From assembly GCF_006345805.1 (NCBI RefSeq), contig NC_043002.1, positions 19,840,001 through 19,904,000 of the forward strand: a stretch of 64,000 bases of DNA. Reading direction: 5' to 3'. Made by a program: the position numbers and the translations under genes. The notes under the pieces are model-generated. The model made no database searches, was not told the origin of the DNA, and saw only the letters and a program-made list of their open reading frames with translations. Shown piece by piece: positions 61,695 through 64,000 of the stretch. The DNA comes from Octopus sinensis. Taxonomy: Eukaryota. Each line of letters begins with the position of its first letter. The first letter of the stretch is position 1.

Positions 61695-62262
61695 ATTTAT
61701 TTATTTTATTTTATCTAGTTTCAGCTCACGAGCTGTGGCCATGCTGGGGCACCGCCATTTGGTGTTGCTACATGATTTTACTTCACGAATGCTTTTTAGC
61801 AACTGCCATTTGGTGCATGAGAGAGTTCGATGCAGCTGCCCTCATCTGCACCTCCTGCCGTGAAGTTGGTTCATCTGGGACACCTGACAGGAAGAGATCC
61901 AGACCTACTTTAAAGACATCTGTATCCACCCCATGCAGGTCCCTCAGGTTATTCGGGAGGATATTGAAGAGCTGTGGGCCTTTAAAGCCCAGGCTATCAT
62001 AGTATCTTGTCTTACATCTTGATGGCAAATTTGGAGTCCTTGGCACCACGCAGTGGCGACCAGTTCTGGCATTTGTGTAACTCTCGATGCCAAAGTTTGG
62101 GACAAGTCCTTCTAGGATCTTCCAGATGTATATTATGGCATATCTTTCTCGCCTACGCTCTAAGGAATAGAGTCTTAATCTCTTGAGTCTTTGGTTGCAT
62201 AACGGAGTACCACGTGCCCACAAGTCATTGATATTCACATACCAGCCCCAGGAATGCGTTTA
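61695..62262 (-). mobile_element. CR1/L2-group LINE 3' end
   Basis: RLKRLRLYSLERRRERYAIIYIWKILEGLVPN...GPQLFNILP...LDLFLSGVPDEP, followed by a short 3' UTR and (TAAAA)n tail. Confidence 0.88.
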
Positions 62263-62914
62263 ATCCGTGTTCGGAGAGAAGAGTGGATTAGACGGGCACT
62301 GACTAAGGGGCAAATGCCCCCGAATTATGGTATATACACTCATCATCCATTTTTATCTCCGATCTTGTTATTTACATCTGATGTCTCGATACGAAATGTA
62401 GTAAAAAGTCAGTGCTGGTTATAATTTCTGTAGAAATAACCTCAACAAAATAATTTTTCAAAATTTCAGATTAGTCATTTAGTGACACTGGATGTCTAGG
62501 GGTATTGTCTTAAAGTAAAAGAGCTTCGAAAGTTACGTATTTGAATTGTAATAGACTTTAACTGCCGGACACGTGTCTGTATTCCATCCTATTTTTTTTT
62601 TATTTCTCTATTTGCTGGTCAAATCACTGGAAATATTCGTTTATTGCAGTCTTTCAAAGCCTTTGGATTTTCAGTCGTAATACAATCAAAATTTTGTTAG
62701 CTCAGTAACAAGAGGCAGGCCACAGCACATCAAGCGACATCAGCCCGATTGTCAGAGAAGGCTATTTCAACTGCAATCATTCGATCTATAAATCGAGTTG
62801 CGCGTCACAATCAATGCTGTAGGTTTCAGGATCTGAGAGGATGAGATTCTTGGTCGCTGCTGGACTTAGGGTTAAAAAGAATCGTTTGTCCACCATGAAC
62901 ATATAAAATTCTCG

Positions 62915-63330
62915 CAGATCTTTTCGGTTTGACCGGCAGTTTTTAAAAATAATTTTCACGTAACTAAACACTTTTAAACTTCGTATACTGGTAGAATGTG
63001 TTTATAAAACATCTTTTTCTCTTGGCTTTATTGAGAAAATTCTATGGTTTGTGAGATATTAGTTGTTGTTTTTTCTTCAATTTCTGCAATTTCAACCAAT
63101 CATTGACGTCTATTGAGGTGAAAACATTCTGTGCCGTATGAATATGTCCCTCGTTTGAGAAACAGATTGGGTTTATTTACATTTGTGAAGAAAAAAGATA
63201 TCCTTCACCCCACCCCTAACCCTAACCCTAAAACATTGAAATGCAATAGATCGATACTAGGGTCATAATTATGGGTGACAATTTCATATGATACCGCTAG
63301 AAAAACTGCCGTTCAAACCGAAAAGATCCG
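62915..63330. mobile_element. Same MITE family, copy 2
   Basis: Colinear with copy 1; TSD TTCTCG (62909-62914 and 63331-63336); (CCCTAA)3 at 63214-63231. Confidence 0.9.
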
Positions 63331-64000
63331 TTCTCGCATCTCGCCATATGTAGCTAGCTGATTCGTAGCCTAATACAACATATATTCCATGTCTTTCTAC
63401 TAGTAAACAGTGATACAGCCCCCAGTAAGCAACCGTTATAAATATTGTAAAGTTATGTGTAAATGAATGAACTCTTCGAAAATCTAAAATGGACTTGATT
63501 GTTTGTATGAGGGAAACAGAAGGTAGCTTAAAATCAGCTAACCAAAATTTAAATAACCCATCCAACCCAAGTTACAACTTAAAGGCCCCATTAGCATTGC
63601 TTTCTAGAAAAGATGCAATACAATATTTTGAAATTTTATATCCAGTTTACAATGCTTGGTGGTATTTTCTTCTTGTGAAAACTGATCACCATTAGATTAA
63701 TTTACAATTATCATTATCGTTTTTTTTTGTTTTTTTTTCAATTCTTCAGAAAATATCAGGTAATCTCAATCACTTATATGCCATGAAAACCGAGTTTAGT
63801 TCCATCCCAATGAAACCTAGGGCTTATGACAAACCAAAGCTTAAGTTTAAGAAATTTAGAAGTAGCATCTTCATCTATGCCAGCTGACTGTTATTTTAAC
63901 AGTTTTCAATCCTACTCTAGATTTTATCTCGAGCGGTTTATTTGCTGCTGGTGAATGAAAGTATCTATCAAGTAATCAACAACACTCGTGAACAACTAAT

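Noticed and set aside
272-64000. Most ORFs in the six-frame track (poly-YI, HT, VC, LSIY, poly-I/M/V/T)
   Set aside because: They are translations of microsatellites, low-complexity tracts or SINEs, with no protein motifs or splice support.

Overview
This is AT-rich animal genomic DNA, almost certainly from an octopus (an inference from its tRNA-headed CORE-type SINE families and very high microsatellite density). The only host coding sequence I can support is coding exon 1 of a TWIK/KCNK1-like two-pore-domain K+ channel on the minus strand (38027-37850, ending at a phase-1 GT donor). No further exon was found, so 1-37849 is probably all first intron. The rest is repeat-derived. It includes a full-length Ty3/Gypsy element (49599-54051) with near-identical LTRs, a 5-bp TSD, a tRNA-Leu-type PBS and at least 6 frameshifts. 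There are also two deleted mariners, fragments of RTE, CR1/L2, Tx1 and Penelope retroelements, a Helitron, several MITE families and about 45 SINE copies. The most notable observations are: (1) a head-to-head palindromic element whose arms join a tRNA-derived Pol III head to a Penelope-type hammerhead ribozyme, next to a Penelope ORF remnant inside the channel intron; (2) an older palindrome with hammerhead relics between two diverged direct repeats; (3) a MITE family with 6-bp TSDs and internal telomeric repeats; (4) SINE multimers with a fixed junction, one inserted as a single event; (5) a SINE and a CR1-like LINE that share a 3' tail; and (6) a step in CpG content near 31 kb. Most ORFs in the supplied track are microsatellite artefacts. 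No database searches were run, so family names rest on recognised motifs only.
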